This document shows positions 10,317-21,700 of a DNA stretch of 45,869 nucleotides, piece by piece; the stretch's first letter is position 1; every line of letters begins with the position of its first letter. The position numbers and the translations under genes are program-made. The notes under the pieces are model-generated. The model saw nothing but the letters and a program-made list of their open reading frames with translations. It made no database searches and was not told the DNA's origin. Source of the DNA: Trichomonas gallinae (lineage: Eukaryota); contig MRSU01001522.1 in assembly GCA_008369845.1 (NCBI GenBank), positions 1 through 45,869 of the forward strand. Direction: 5' to 3'.

Positions 10317-13300
10317 TTATGCAATGACTATTAATGCTTTTGTTACTGTTTCATGTGAGTAAAGGTCATATTCATCAGCGATTGCAAAAGTAACATCATG
10401 TGTATTTGTCGACAATTCTGGGAGATTCCAATTGAAAGCGAAAGCCTCACTTCCCTCTTTGTTCTTGACTATTGTAGCTATTTGCCGATATTCTTTTTCA
10501 TCATCATACTTAACCATGACACGGAGGCGCTTTCCGACTTCTGGGTGACTGACTGCGACAAATCCAAGTAGCTTTTCATTCTGGTGAACAGCCTTAAGGT
10601 TGAAACCAGCCTTCAGGAGACGTGAGTAAACTGGAATTTCATATACAAATTCTTTGATTTCATACTGGGATGATTTAAGTCTCCATGGATCTTCCGCCCA
10701 AACTGTTAATGTATGTCTTCCTGGTTTGATTGGCTCTGGAATTGGTATAGTCGCCTGATAATCAGCACCTACATACTCTGATATATCATTTGTATCAAAG
10801 GCTCCATACGTTTCCTTTCTTGCGTTATCGAACTGATATTTGAGTGTCGCATTCTTTTCATCCCAAATCTTTCCTGAGATAGTAATATTCTGGCCAACGA
10901 AGTACTTGTCATTAACATTACTAGTGATGCGGACCCATGGTGGATATGTCAATGGGAAAATTTTTACAAATCGTACTGCAAAATAAGAATCATCAAGGCA
11001 GACAAATTCCCACCTTGAATAGTCACCTCTTCCAAGTTTATAACTCTGTTTATAAGTGAATGTCTTCTGAGTTTCTGTAGTTTCATAGAAAGCATAATCA
11101 TCTTTGTAGCCGCTGAATACTGAACGACATGAAAGACCATTATTGGCTTCATAATCAGTGATCTTTGCTTTCACTGATATTCTCTGATTCTTCTCATAGA
11201 AGTCAAGCTTAGGTGTTATATCTTCTACACGCGGAAGTGTGTTGAGATTGTTATGAGGTGCGAAAGTTACGCCGAATAACACTGATTCACCTGGAGGAAT
11301 TTCTTTCTTCTTCCATGCAAACGAGTACATTGAGTTTCCATAAGATCTGTCGACGTCAGAATTGTTCCAGAATGGTATCTCATCAGCAGTGAATTTCTGA
11401 TTTTCTGCACGCTTTATTGGAAGCAAAGAGACTGACGAAACATCAGGGAATGTAGAGTACTGCCTCATGAAAATTGTGTAGTATATCTCTGGATAATCAT
11501 TGCCTGCTGTTATTCCTCTTCCATCTGTTCTTCTTATGATTTCATTTGCGTCATTTCCTGTGAAAGCGGAATCGGCGAAAACGCCTAAATCAATTGTAAC
11601 TGGGAAGTATCCATCGTTTGTGACATTGAAAACTGTTTGAAGGAAATTAGTCCAATCTTCTGTCTGTGTGTAGTACTTGACTGTTATATCGCCTGTTGTT
11701 GAAGCATGATTGTCTTTGGCTCTGAGTAATACATTCTGGCCTGGAATGTTTCCATCATATATTCTGTAGCCGACGAAGAAGCCTTCGTTATTATATGTCA
11801 TGACTTGGTCGTGCTTTTGGTAATCTGTGTATTTCAAGTTGAAGCAGGCGTCGCTGTCTGCTGGAACTTCTGTCTCTGTGATTGTGCCTCTCTGTGGCTT
11901 TGGCTGAGGTACGTTTGGATCATAAACTACAATTCTTATGGACATATTCTTTTGAGATTCGTACTCTGAGTTGTCTTCCGCCCAAACTTTGATGAAGTGT
12001 ACACCTGGCTCGACTTCTGGGATCCAGTAGAAGAAAGCGAATGGAAACACTGTGCCATCAGATTTGAAAGTTCCAATATTCGTTTTTTCGCCTTCCTTAA
12101 TCTGGGCATATATTGTAACATCCTGGTCGATATCTTGGTCAGTTGCTTGGCCGAAAATTGTAATTTTTGTTCCAATTGCTGCCTTCTTTCTTGAAGAATA
12201 CGCTTCATGGACTGCTGGATAGTTAGGTAATGTCAGACTGAATTTAAATGATGTGATGACAGAATCAATTCCTGAACTAGTAACAGCTTTGATGTTAATT
12301 GTATGATTTTGTCCAGGAACGACGTAATGCGGAACTTTAAGGGATCCATCGAATATTTGATCGCCTGATGGTGCGAATTCGACTTTGTCATATTCTAATT
12401 CCGGACCTTTGTCGAAATTATAAATTAATTTTACCTGTTGATCGAATCGCACTGTTCCTTTGATTTTAATAGTTTCTGCTGGGTTGATAATCTCTGATGG
12501 GCGTGTTTCAAAAGAAACTACTGGTCTATAATTTTCATTTCTAATAACTCTCGAAATTGTTTTAGTAGGCCATCTGTTGCCATCTATGGCATAAGCAGTA
12601 ACTATGACCATGTTTTTATCTTTTAGATTAACAGTTACTGGAAATGTCAAGCTTTTCTTGTTTCTATCTGTTTGGCCTCGAGCAGGAGTTTGTTCTAACC
12701 CATTGATATTTGCGAAAAACACGATAGCATCAGAGTCATCGTAATCGATGACTTCGAAATTAAGCGTGACATCTGTATTTGGCGGATAATAAGTTTTGTC
12801 TTCAGATCTATCGAAAATGAATGGTGGTAATTTGATGCTCTCTCCTGGATTGGCGAGAAAACCGAATACTGCTTCACTTTTCGGTGCAATTTCTCTCTTC
12901 ATCCATGAAAAAGCATAAACAGAGTCTTTGTTAGATGCTGTTGTCTTTGTATTGCTTTCCCAATATGGATAATCAGTAGGACGTGTTCCTTCATCTGGTT
13001 GGACTCCGAAGTAGATATTGTCAACGTCAGGGTAGTAGCTTCCCTTCAAAAGAATCATTTGTGTAAGGTATGTTCTTCTATTTTCAACAACTAAATACCT
13101 TCCATTCTTGGAAAGTCTCACTTCAGCATTATCGTTTGTTTGTATCATAGCATCAGCGTAAACGCCAATATCGATTTTCATTGGCTGGTTCTGATGGTTC
13201 TGGAATATGAATTTCACGTTAGTCGATGAAGTTGCATACTGGTCTGGCGCTAATGAGTAAGAAAATCTATATTTTGGGTCATCTATTGTTTCTCCGCGCT

Positions 13301-13496
13301 TAAGAAGTTGCACTGGTCCAGGTTCATCATTGCTATCGTAAACGCGAAGTGCAACGAAGAATCCATTTTGTGTCATCTTTTCAGGACGGTCAGCAGATCT
13401 AAAGATACTGAGATCAAAGCACGCCAATGCTGATGATGGTGTAACTTCTCGGATGTTTGTCGCGCTGAAACTTAAATAAAGCAAGAAGTGAAACAT
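10317..13496 (-). CDS. Secreted Bap-like / Ig-fold repeat protein with two 525-aa homologous halves
   Basis: Signal peptide MFHFLLYLSFS. Duplicated domain IDIGVYAD/IDLGVFAD..YAFSW/YSFAW followed by beta-rich modules (GxHxIxVWAED). No C-terminal TM segment. ATG 13496 lies just downstream of TCATT. Confidence 0.7.
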   Translation of the reverse strand: MFHFLLYLSFSATNIREVTPSSALACFDLSIFRSADRPEKMTQNGFFVALRVYDSNDEPGPVQLLKRGETIDDPKYRFSYSLAPDQYATSSTNVKFIFQNHQNQPMKIDIGVYADAMIQTNDNAEVRLSKNGRYLVVENRRTYLTQMILLKGSYYPDVDNIYFGVQPDEGTRPTDYPYWESNTKTTASNKDSVYAFSWMKREIAPKSEAVFGFLANPGESIKLPPFIFDRSEDKTYYPPNTDVTLNFEVIDYDDSDAIVFFANINGLEQTPARGQTDRNKKSLTFPVTVNLKDKNMVIVTAYAIDGNRWPTKTISRVIRNENYRPVVSFETRPSEIINPAETIKIKGTVRFDQQVKLIYNFDKGPELEYDKVEFAPSGDQIFDGSLKVPHYVVPGQNHTINIKAVTSSGIDSVITSFKFSLTLPNYPAVHEAYSSRKKAAIGTKITIFGQATDQDIDQDVTIYAQIKEGEKTNIGTFKSDGTVFPFAFFYWIPEVEPGVHFIKVWAEDNSEYESQKNMSIRIVVYDPNVPQPKPQRGTITETEVPADSDACFNLKYTDYQKHDQVMTYNNEGFFVGYRIYDGNIPGQNVLLRAKDNHASTTGDITVKYYTQTEDWTNFLQTVFNVTNDGYFPVTIDLGVFADSAFTGNDANEIIRRTDGRGITAGNDYPEIYYTIFMRQYSTFPDVSSVSLLPIKRAENQKFTADEIPFWNNSDVDRSYGNSMYSFAWKKKEIPPGESVLFGVTFAPHNNLNTLPRVEDITPKLDFYEKNQRISVKAKITDYEANNGLSCRSVFSGYKDDYAFYETTETQKTFTYKQSYKLGRGDYSRWEFVCLDDSYFAVRFVKIFPLTYPPWVRITSNVNDKYFVGQNITISGKIWDEKNATLKYQFDNARKETYGAFDTNDISEYVGADYQATIPIPEPIKPGRHTLTVWAEDPWRLKSSQYEIKEFVYEIPVYSRLLKAGFNLKAVHQNEKLLGFVAVSHPEVGKRLRVMVKYDDEKEYRQIATIVKNKEGSEAFAFNWNLPELSTNTHDVTFAIADEYDLYSHETVTKALIVIA

Positions 13497-13649
13497 AATA
13501 AAAATGATCAAATTCAAAAAAAGTGAAATTTTTATTTGATTTAAAAATATTGCTTTAAGATATATTTCCTAAATATTTGATATTTCACATAAAATAATTC
13601 TATGAGGTCCTTCAAAAATTTTTCAACGATTTTAGCAAAAAATATTTTA

Positions 13650-13667
13650 TTTACGGGCGTGTAAGCA
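13650..13667 (-). promoter_or_regulatory. Candidate upstream element TGCTTACACGCCCGTAAA
   Basis: 17/18 identical to 37821-37838 upstream of legumain, in the same orientation relative to its gene. Confidence 0.45.
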
Positions 13668-15089
13668 AACATTTTTATTGATTTTTATCTAATTATAGAC
13701 AATCTGCATTATTCGATTTCTGAACAGTCAGTTTTGAGAGTAAAATTATCGGCCTACAACTCAATTTTTATATGGTTCTTCTTATATTCATCAATCTACG
13801 AATTAATCCGAAATTTCGAAAAAAATAACTGTTATCTGACAAAGTCAGTCAAACATTCAAGTTTAAGAATGCAATAACCATATTACATATAGGCTTATCT
13901 ATCTATATCATGAGTTTTATTAAATCAAGGATTAGTTTTAGAAATTTTGAATTTTGAATTATTGCGATGAACTGCAATTAAATAATGCCAAATGCCTTAT
14001 ATTTTAGTATGCTTTATAATACTATGCTTAATAGTCATTGTAATCATCAATAAAAAGTTCTTGAAACTGATGAAAAAGCTGGCTAATCCTTAAGATATTA
14101 AAATTATAGCGAACCTGCATTACATCAACTTTTCCTTTTGCTCAAAATCTTAAATTAATCATTTTCAACATATTTTGTTGCTTTATAAGCTCCTATAACT
14201 GAATAATAACACATATTACTTCTTGGTTAGAGTGTTTGTTAGCTCAAAAGTCTATAAATAACAATTTTTGATAAATTTGATATAGCAAATTAACAACGAT
14301 TCAATGGAAATCATTTGATAATGAGAACAGTTGACAAGCTTGTTATATATCTAACGACGAAATCGTCAAATTCAAACTAAACGAAAAAGCTAAGAAAAAA
14401 GACGATAATTCAAAGGACAGAAATTTACATATCAAAATGTGAAAAAATTTATAATAACGGATCCGGTAATTTTTCTTCCTTTAGAATCGCATCAGTCAAT
14501 CAAAATTTTCGCGATCGAGTGAAATCTATAATATATCTTCATATTTCATCTATTTTCCTTTATAATTAAATTGAATTTTGAATATCAAAAATATGGATAT
14601 AATCACATTTGAAATAACTATATTAAATTGTGTACATTAATTTTTCTGACTTAATTTATATCATTCACGCTTAATATAATAAAATCCGATTTGTAATCAA
14701 CATTTATCTGAATGTTATATAAATCTAATAGTATGAAATGTGCATTTCAAGTATAGATGGATTGTTTTGTAGTGAGATATATATGATATTACGTTAAAAT
14801 AAAAAACAATGTTTTATTCAAACATAAAAAAAACTAAAAATAAGCGAGTTCCCATAGATTTTTCCATGTCAAGAAAATTAACAAAAACCTCCGGACCAAA
14901 TTCGTTCCTTGGCCGATTGAAAAATCAAAAAATTTACAAAAAATAGGGGTATTCAAAATTGAGAGGTTATATTTTTTGAATACGAACCTAAAATCATGTG
15001 TTATTTACGATAATATAACATATTAAAAAGTTTGATCGGAGAAAAAAAAAGACATCAAATTTTGGTGAAAAATTTTGAGCTCATTTCTC

Positions 15090-15815
15090 ATGATAGGTTC
15101 GACTTCGAATGACAACGATGTGTGTCCAATGTTCGATATGCTCGATGAGCTGTCTAAGTCTGAATATCTCAGCTTAAAGACCGCGATTCAAAAGTTATTA
15201 AACGATTCTGGTAAAGCAAAGTTCACCAAAGTATTTGGAGAAGTTACTGATCTTATTGAAGAATTTATTGCTCACGACAAATCAAATACTCACGTTCGAT
15301 CTTTAGTTTGTGGATATTTTTATATCAATAACTTCCTTGCAATTAACACTCGCCAGCTGATGTCGCTTATAGGAAAGTGCAAATCATCTGTTAACAGCGG
15401 TTTCCAGTCAATTGGATACAAAGTTATACCAATGGATGCTGAATCTGCTGTTACATTAATGAAAACTTTTCCTTTTATGAAAAATCAAATCAATCTCACA
15501 AGGCAATGGACTCTTAGAACAAAAGGCCCAATCCCAAAAGAAGAGAGCAGCATTGCGACTGTTTTATCGAAGGCATTAAATGATTCATCAACTGTTACTG
15601 TTTTTTCAACTTCATTCGAGGATAAACCATTCCAGGAGCCATCCTCAGCATCATCATCCGCTTATGTTACACCAACTCCAGAAGAACAAAAGCAAGAACA
15701 AAATCGTTCTGAATTCCAGTTCGAACTTGATCCTGTTGAAGAGTTAACGGGTGATTTCGAGTTCTTTGACATGTTCACTGATAGTAATACATTCGAATCC
15801 GATATGATGTTCTAA
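15090..15815 (+). CDS. Initiator-binding domain (IBD / IBP39-like) transcription factor
   Basis: RSLVCG..LAINTRQL..LIGKCKSSVNSGF..IGY..RQWTLR signature with an acidic Ser-rich tail. Inr TCATT at 15081 precedes ATG 15090. Confidence 0.92.
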   Translation: MIGSTSNDNDVCPMFDMLDELSKSEYLSLKTAIQKLLNDSGKAKFTKVFGEVTDLIEEFIAHDKSNTHVRSLVCGYFYINNFLAINTRQLMSLIGKCKSSVNSGFQSIGYKVIPMDAESAVTLMKTFPFMKNQINLTRQWTLRTKGPIPKEESSIATVLSKALNDSSTVTVFSTSFEDKPFQEPSSASSSAYVTPTPEEQKQEQNRSEFQFELDPVEELTGDFEFFDMFTDSNTFESDMMF

Positions 15816-16181
15816 TAATAATAATATTTTCATGAAATATTAGTTTTATGCTTTTATTTTTTAGTTTTATTGCTTATTTTAAATTTCTTTCTCTATCCTT
15901 TAATTGTTGTTATACATTTTTTTAAATTTTATCTTAACAAACAAAAATGATTAGCATTGATGCATAGAATATATTCGCATGCAACATATTTAATCATAAT
16001 TTTAGTGTAGATATCATTTAATTCTGATTCGTTGTCAAACGATACTACTGCTTTTTTTTTGCAAAAATGTTAACTTTACTAATAAGGAAAACAGAGCAAC
16101 AATTATATGAAGTTCATGATATTTTTTATTAGTTAATTCTTAAACACAAACAATTTAGTAATAAAACAAACTTAGCAACAA

Positions 16182-18161
16182 TTATATTAAGTTCAATAAT
16201 TCAAAAACATCCTCACGATGAGAATCACGTATTTTCTTAACAAGACTAGATGATTTGGTAATAAGACTTTTGTCTTTGAGGTGCTTAAGTGCCATGAAGT
16301 GCCCATGCTCAATGCAAAAATCTTGATCGATTTTGACTCCTAATTTTAGATAAAAATCAATTATTTCAGCATATCCACCAGCGATTGCATAATGCATTCC
16401 ATTATGACCATCCGCATTAGTAGCTTTAACGTTACATTTATATTTATGAAGTAATTTAACAACTTCTAATTTGCCATATTTGCATGCAACATGAATAGGA
16501 CTATATCCTGCAATGTTAACTTCGTCAAGATCAAAACCCCAGTGCTTCAATATCTTGATATTTCTCGCACTACCACACATGCAAGAAAGCATCAGCGCGT
16601 CCATATCATTGCATACTGTTACATGCTTGCTATTGATAGTCTCATCTCTATAACTAGTGATATCACAACCTCCAGCGCAATCAATCAAATACACCAATTC
16701 AGAACTATTTTTTGGGGCCCGTCCAAGTGCATTAGGGATTCCATTGTCAATTTCTCTTTCTTGAAGACACCCAACAGGAATATGCTTGAAACCAGAGAAT
16801 GATTTATTTTCTGATTTAACTATTTCCTTCAACTTTTGGTCAACAAAGTTATGTGTGTCTGGATCCAGATCGATATAGCTAAAAGTAATGAAAAATAAAT
16901 ATTCATGGTATGTAAAATTAACAATGCCGGATAGTTGTTTGATAATGCTGGTTTTGTTGGAAATATGAATAAAAGATAGAACATAATAATAATTATATAA
17001 ATTTGGATCAAATAAATACTTAAATACAACTTCAATAACTTCAAGACAACCATGCACTAATGCATTCACAAGTAGAAGTTCTTTGTCATTCTGTGTCAAA
17101 ATCATTTGAATGCAATCCAATTGAAACAATTTATCTAGTAATTTGTAATCTTGGAAACTTATTGATGCAACAAATAACTGCGTCATCTCGCCAGCCAACT
17201 TGGAAGTCATTTTTTTGAAATAGTCCATGTCATTGAACATTAATGCACAAAGCCAGCAATCTTTATCATCATGCTGCTGTTTGAACTGTTCGTGAATTAC
17301 CGATGGCTTAAAATCATCTTCATGTAGATTGAAATTATCGTTCATTAAGAATTCTAAAAGATGGAAATGATCAAATTCTACAGCTAATTCACGTAATTTT
17401 ATAAGCTGTTCATTTGAAACCGGATATTTATGCAGTAGATATTTTACAACATGCAAATGACCTGTTTTTATAGCACGCACAAAATAGTAGCTGAAGTCAA
17501 TTCCGTTTTCAATAAGCATTCTAATACATTGAATGTCTCCAGACGAAATTACATCATCGATTAATTCAGATATATCAATTTTTAAATCATGTTTTCTTAT
17601 TAACTCAAATGTGACATATGTTGCATGCCTTAAATGATGCATCACGAATCCAAATAAAATTTCTTCAATTTCTGCTTTCCAACGCATTATATAATTTTCA
17701 GCTTTTTTGATGTCCATTTGAAGATATCTCAAAAAAACAGTTAAATCAATGTCATCACCTTCATTAAAATTTATTCTTAATTCAGCAAAAGTTATTGGAA
17801 ATGTTTCAAAGCAAGAACTGCTCGATATTATTAATTTGTTCTTTTTTGGTGAATTAATAAGAGAAAATATTTTGTGTAAAGCAGGTATCTCTAATATATC
17901 TAGAATATTTTTGATAATTTGGAAATTGTATTTTGAATTATTTGTTGAAATTGACATCTCTGTAAGTATTTTAATAACAGTACTTTCATCATAGTATATT
18001 CGCAAATATTTTGCAAGAATAGTAATTTTTTCTGGAACGAGATTAGACCGCTTAACAATTTCAAGGACATCATCTGGTTCAAACAGTCTAAAAATGCTGC
18101 CATCTTCAATGAATACATCAATCCTCCTTGCGACGTCATCATAATCAAGCTTGATGCTCAT
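16182..18161 (-). CDS. Ankyrin repeat protein (659 aa)
   Basis: GYSPIHVACKYGKLEVVKLL, GHNGMHYAIAGGYAEIIDFYL and AIKTGHLHVVKYLL. Confidence 0.88.
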   Translation of the reverse strand: MSIKLDYDDVARRIDVFIEDGSIFRLFEPDDVLEIVKRSNLVPEKITILAKYLRIYYDESTVIKILTEMSISTNNSKYNFQIIKNILDILEIPALHKIFSLINSPKKNKLIISSSSCFETFPITFAELRINFNEGDDIDLTVFLRYLQMDIKKAENYIMRWKAEIEEILFGFVMHHLRHATYVTFELIRKHDLKIDISELIDDVISSGDIQCIRMLIENGIDFSYYFVRAIKTGHLHVVKYLLHKYPVSNEQLIKLRELAVEFDHFHLLEFLMNDNFNLHEDDFKPSVIHEQFKQQHDDKDCWLCALMFNDMDYFKKMTSKLAGEMTQLFVASISFQDYKLLDKLFQLDCIQMILTQNDKELLLVNALVHGCLEVIEVVFKYLFDPNLYNYYYVLSFIHISNKTSIIKQLSGIVNFTYHEYLFFITFSYIDLDPDTHNFVDQKLKEIVKSENKSFSGFKHIPVGCLQEREIDNGIPNALGRAPKNSSELVYLIDCAGGCDITSYRDETINSKHVTVCNDMDALMLSCMCGSARNIKILKHWGFDLDEVNIAGYSPIHVACKYGKLEVVKLLHKYKCNVKATNADGHNGMHYAIAGGYAEIIDFYLKLGVKIDQDFCIEHGHFMALKHLKDKSLITKSSSLVKKIRDSHREDVFELLNLI

Positions 18162-18752
18162 TAAAAACTTTTGTCACATTTTGTTTTATTTTGCTTGGAT
18201 TGCTCAATTATTATCATAAATTAATTAAAACAAGAAGTTATGAGATTTATTTTACATTACAGATTGTAATATTTTGTATAATATACATGTCAAATTGTTC
18301 TATTTTTTGTCAAAACTTTATGAAAATCGATTTTTATTCGTTTTTGGTCGAAAATAGATTAGCAAAAAGTGAAACTAATACAATGCTTATAAATAATCTA
18401 ACATTATAATTCTAGAACAAGAGCGAGGAGTCATATCGCGTTTGATATTTTTAAAACGAAGGAAATTCAGAAAAAATACAATGATTAGATAGAGAATGGA
18501 AATATAGGCTTATGGTATGTTTCAAGAAGTAGCAAAAGTCATTATATAGCGAGATAAAGTTTTTCTCGAAAATTCCTCGATTAATGTATAATAATTCTTT
18601 TACCAATGTTATGTATATCCAATTATGAGTAACATATCAAGTTTTGCACTATTTTGTATATTTTGCCATGTAAACTGTCAAATGTCAGATGTGTAAAAAA
18701 TTGTAACGAAAAAAAAAATATTTTTTAGAAAACGGAAGCAAAAAAATATAAA

Positions 18753-21700
18753 ATGTCTTATTCTCTATTAAAAGTTGATCCCAATCCACTTGTTTTCCCT
18801 TCCACATGTGTATGCTCAGAGTCGAGCGTCTCATTCACTGTTTATAATAACGGAAATGAGATTGTAAAGTACCAATGGAGGAATCAACCAAGCATTGAAG
18901 CCGAGAATGAGGCAAAAGCACAGATTGATATGCTAGATCCACACATAAGGGCAAATATTTCACAAGTGTTTATGTTTAAATCCGACGATTTAAAAATCGA
19001 ACCAATCGAAGGAGAAATTTGGCCACATCAATCACATAACTTAATCGCGAAATTTACACCAAAGAAAGAAGGACTCACGAGAACTACTGCGTATCTCACA
19101 AATATCGAATCAGGTGAAAGGATTCCGGTTTTGATTTCAGGAAAATGCTTAGCACCTGATGCTGCATTTGACGTATCTTCAATCAACACAGGCCATATAG
19201 CATTAGACAACTCATATGATTACCAAGTCACGTTAAAAAACATGGGCAATACTGATGTCGAATTTTCTTTGATAGAAGAAGAAACTAGTCTTAAATTCGA
19301 CTTCTACCCTAAGGCTGGAAAAATAAGCGTCGGCATGGCAATGCCAATTCAGTTTCGTTTATATGCATTAAAAGTTGGGCAATTTAATGAAACGTTTAGA
19401 TTTAGAATTGCTGGTGCTGAGTTTAATACACCATCTTTTGCAGTGAATGGTCGTATTGTTGGGCCTTCATTTCAATGTGACACAAAATTAATTAATTTTA
19501 AATCAGTAAGTTATGGATTTACATATAAGCAAACAGTTCGAGTAACAAATGTATCGGATATACCACTAGATTATCGTGTTCAAGTCTTGCAAAACTCAAA
19601 TATTCAAATTCGCGAGTTTACTGTTTATCCAGAAGTCGCCACAATCAGATCTAAGTCACATCAAGACATAACAGTCGAATTCATACCAGTTTCAATACAA
19701 GATTACGCTACATCTTTAGTTATGACGAATCCGAAATATTCAGCTCCTTTACTTACAATTCCTATACAGGCAACATGTATGTATCCTAAACTATCGCTAG
19801 AAACACCGGATTTGGATATTGGAAACGTTTTTATCGGACATTCATATAATTTCGAACTAAATCTTATCAATAGAACAAAATTACACGCAAAATACGAATA
19901 TGAAGATGTTAATTTAGCAGATGAATATGGCTGGAAGCTAGAAATCCCACAAACAAGTGGAATTATTGAACCGAACTCGACAAAACCGTTTGCTGTGACT
20001 CTAACATTCCTGCAGCTTGGTAACCACTCTATAACGCGTACAATAAGAGTCGCAGGAGATCCAAAGAACATAATAAAATTTTCATTCAAAGCATTATGCA
20101 TTGGACCAACACTAGAATACCCAACGACACCGATTTTATTCGGCGAAGTCGAAGTCCTCAAAACGCACCAAAGGGTTATAGAAATCAAGAACACTTCTCT
20201 CATCGAAGCAGTTTACAAAGCACAACTCGCAAATCCATCTACAGTGTTTAAACTCCTCAAACTAACAGGGCGGATACAACCAGGAGCAACGGAATACGTC
20301 CCTATATCAGTGACACTCGATGACACGGCTTTGTTCGATGCAACAGTTCAATTTTTGTTCGAGAACTTGACGCCAATAGATATAACAGTGAAAGCAAGAG
20401 GTGTCGGTAATGTTTTAGTCCCTAGCATTCCTTTAGACGAGATAAATCTTTCTTATATATTCGCCGGCGAAAAACACACAACGGAATTTGTTGTAAACAA
20501 CAAAGGAAGGAAAAATATAGACCTAAGGTGGTCAATACCCAAGCCTAAACTTTCTCCTTCAAACGAATCATTTAAATACGAATTAACTCCAGAACATTTT
20601 TTGCTGAATGCTTATTCATCGCAGACTATTACAATAACAGTTTTGTCGTCTTTGCCATGTGATTTCGAGATGAATCCTTCGCTTTCTACAACAATAAACA
20701 AACAAAAACATGATTATTTCACGCCAAGAATTTTCGGAAGAATTAACAAAGTTTTGATTAGCATCGAAAAGCCTCTGTTGACATTCCTGCATTCTTATGT
20801 ACCAGACGAGAATGGAAAGATACACATTCCAACAGAAATCAAACCAATTGTTTTGGAAAATAAAATAACAAACCCGACACCAATGAAATTCGGCATTACT
20901 GCAACTTGCCAAGAGCCTTTCATCATGTCTCCGACACATTTCGAAATGGAACCAGATGAATCTAAATCCTTCACTGTTACTTTCAATCCCTTCTACAAGG
21001 AAAATTACCAGAGCGAAACAATAGATAGGAAAATCATAATGAAAAGCGACTCGAATCCACAAACATTTTATGTCGACTTGAAAGGCATCATAGAGTTTCC
21101 TAATGTTGCTTTTTCATCAACTGTTGTTAATTTCGGGACATTGTCTAAATCAACAGAGAAAACAGAGACTATAATAATGAAGAACCCACACACAATAAAA
21201 GTCGATTATTGGTGGGAAATAGAAACAAATCAAAACAACCAGAAAATGGTTTTCGATATTACTCCAACGAAAGGACAACTTTTGGCTAACTCAGAAGAAA
21301 AGATCTTCTTCTCTTTCTTCGCAGCTCCAAACAATGAAGAAGGACCAGCAAGATTCAGCGGCCGCGCAATTTGCCACGTAATCGGTGGACCTACTTACAA
21401 CATCGATTTAAGAGGATCCAGTGCTGCTTTTGATTATTCTTTATCACCGCAAGTATTTGCATTTGATGCAGCAATTGCTACTGAAACACTAAGAGGAGAA
21501 GTTGTTCTAAAGAGCATGAGCGACTTTAATTTCGATTACAGTGTCCAGATTCCGAAAGGATCAAAAGTCCAGGAATTCAATGTTTCTCCAATGAGTGGAA
21601 CATTAAAATCTGGCTCGCAGCAAGTATTTAATATCAGCATCATCCCTGGTTTGTTTAAAGACTACAATGAGATGTTCTTTATTAGGATTGGACAGTTCGA

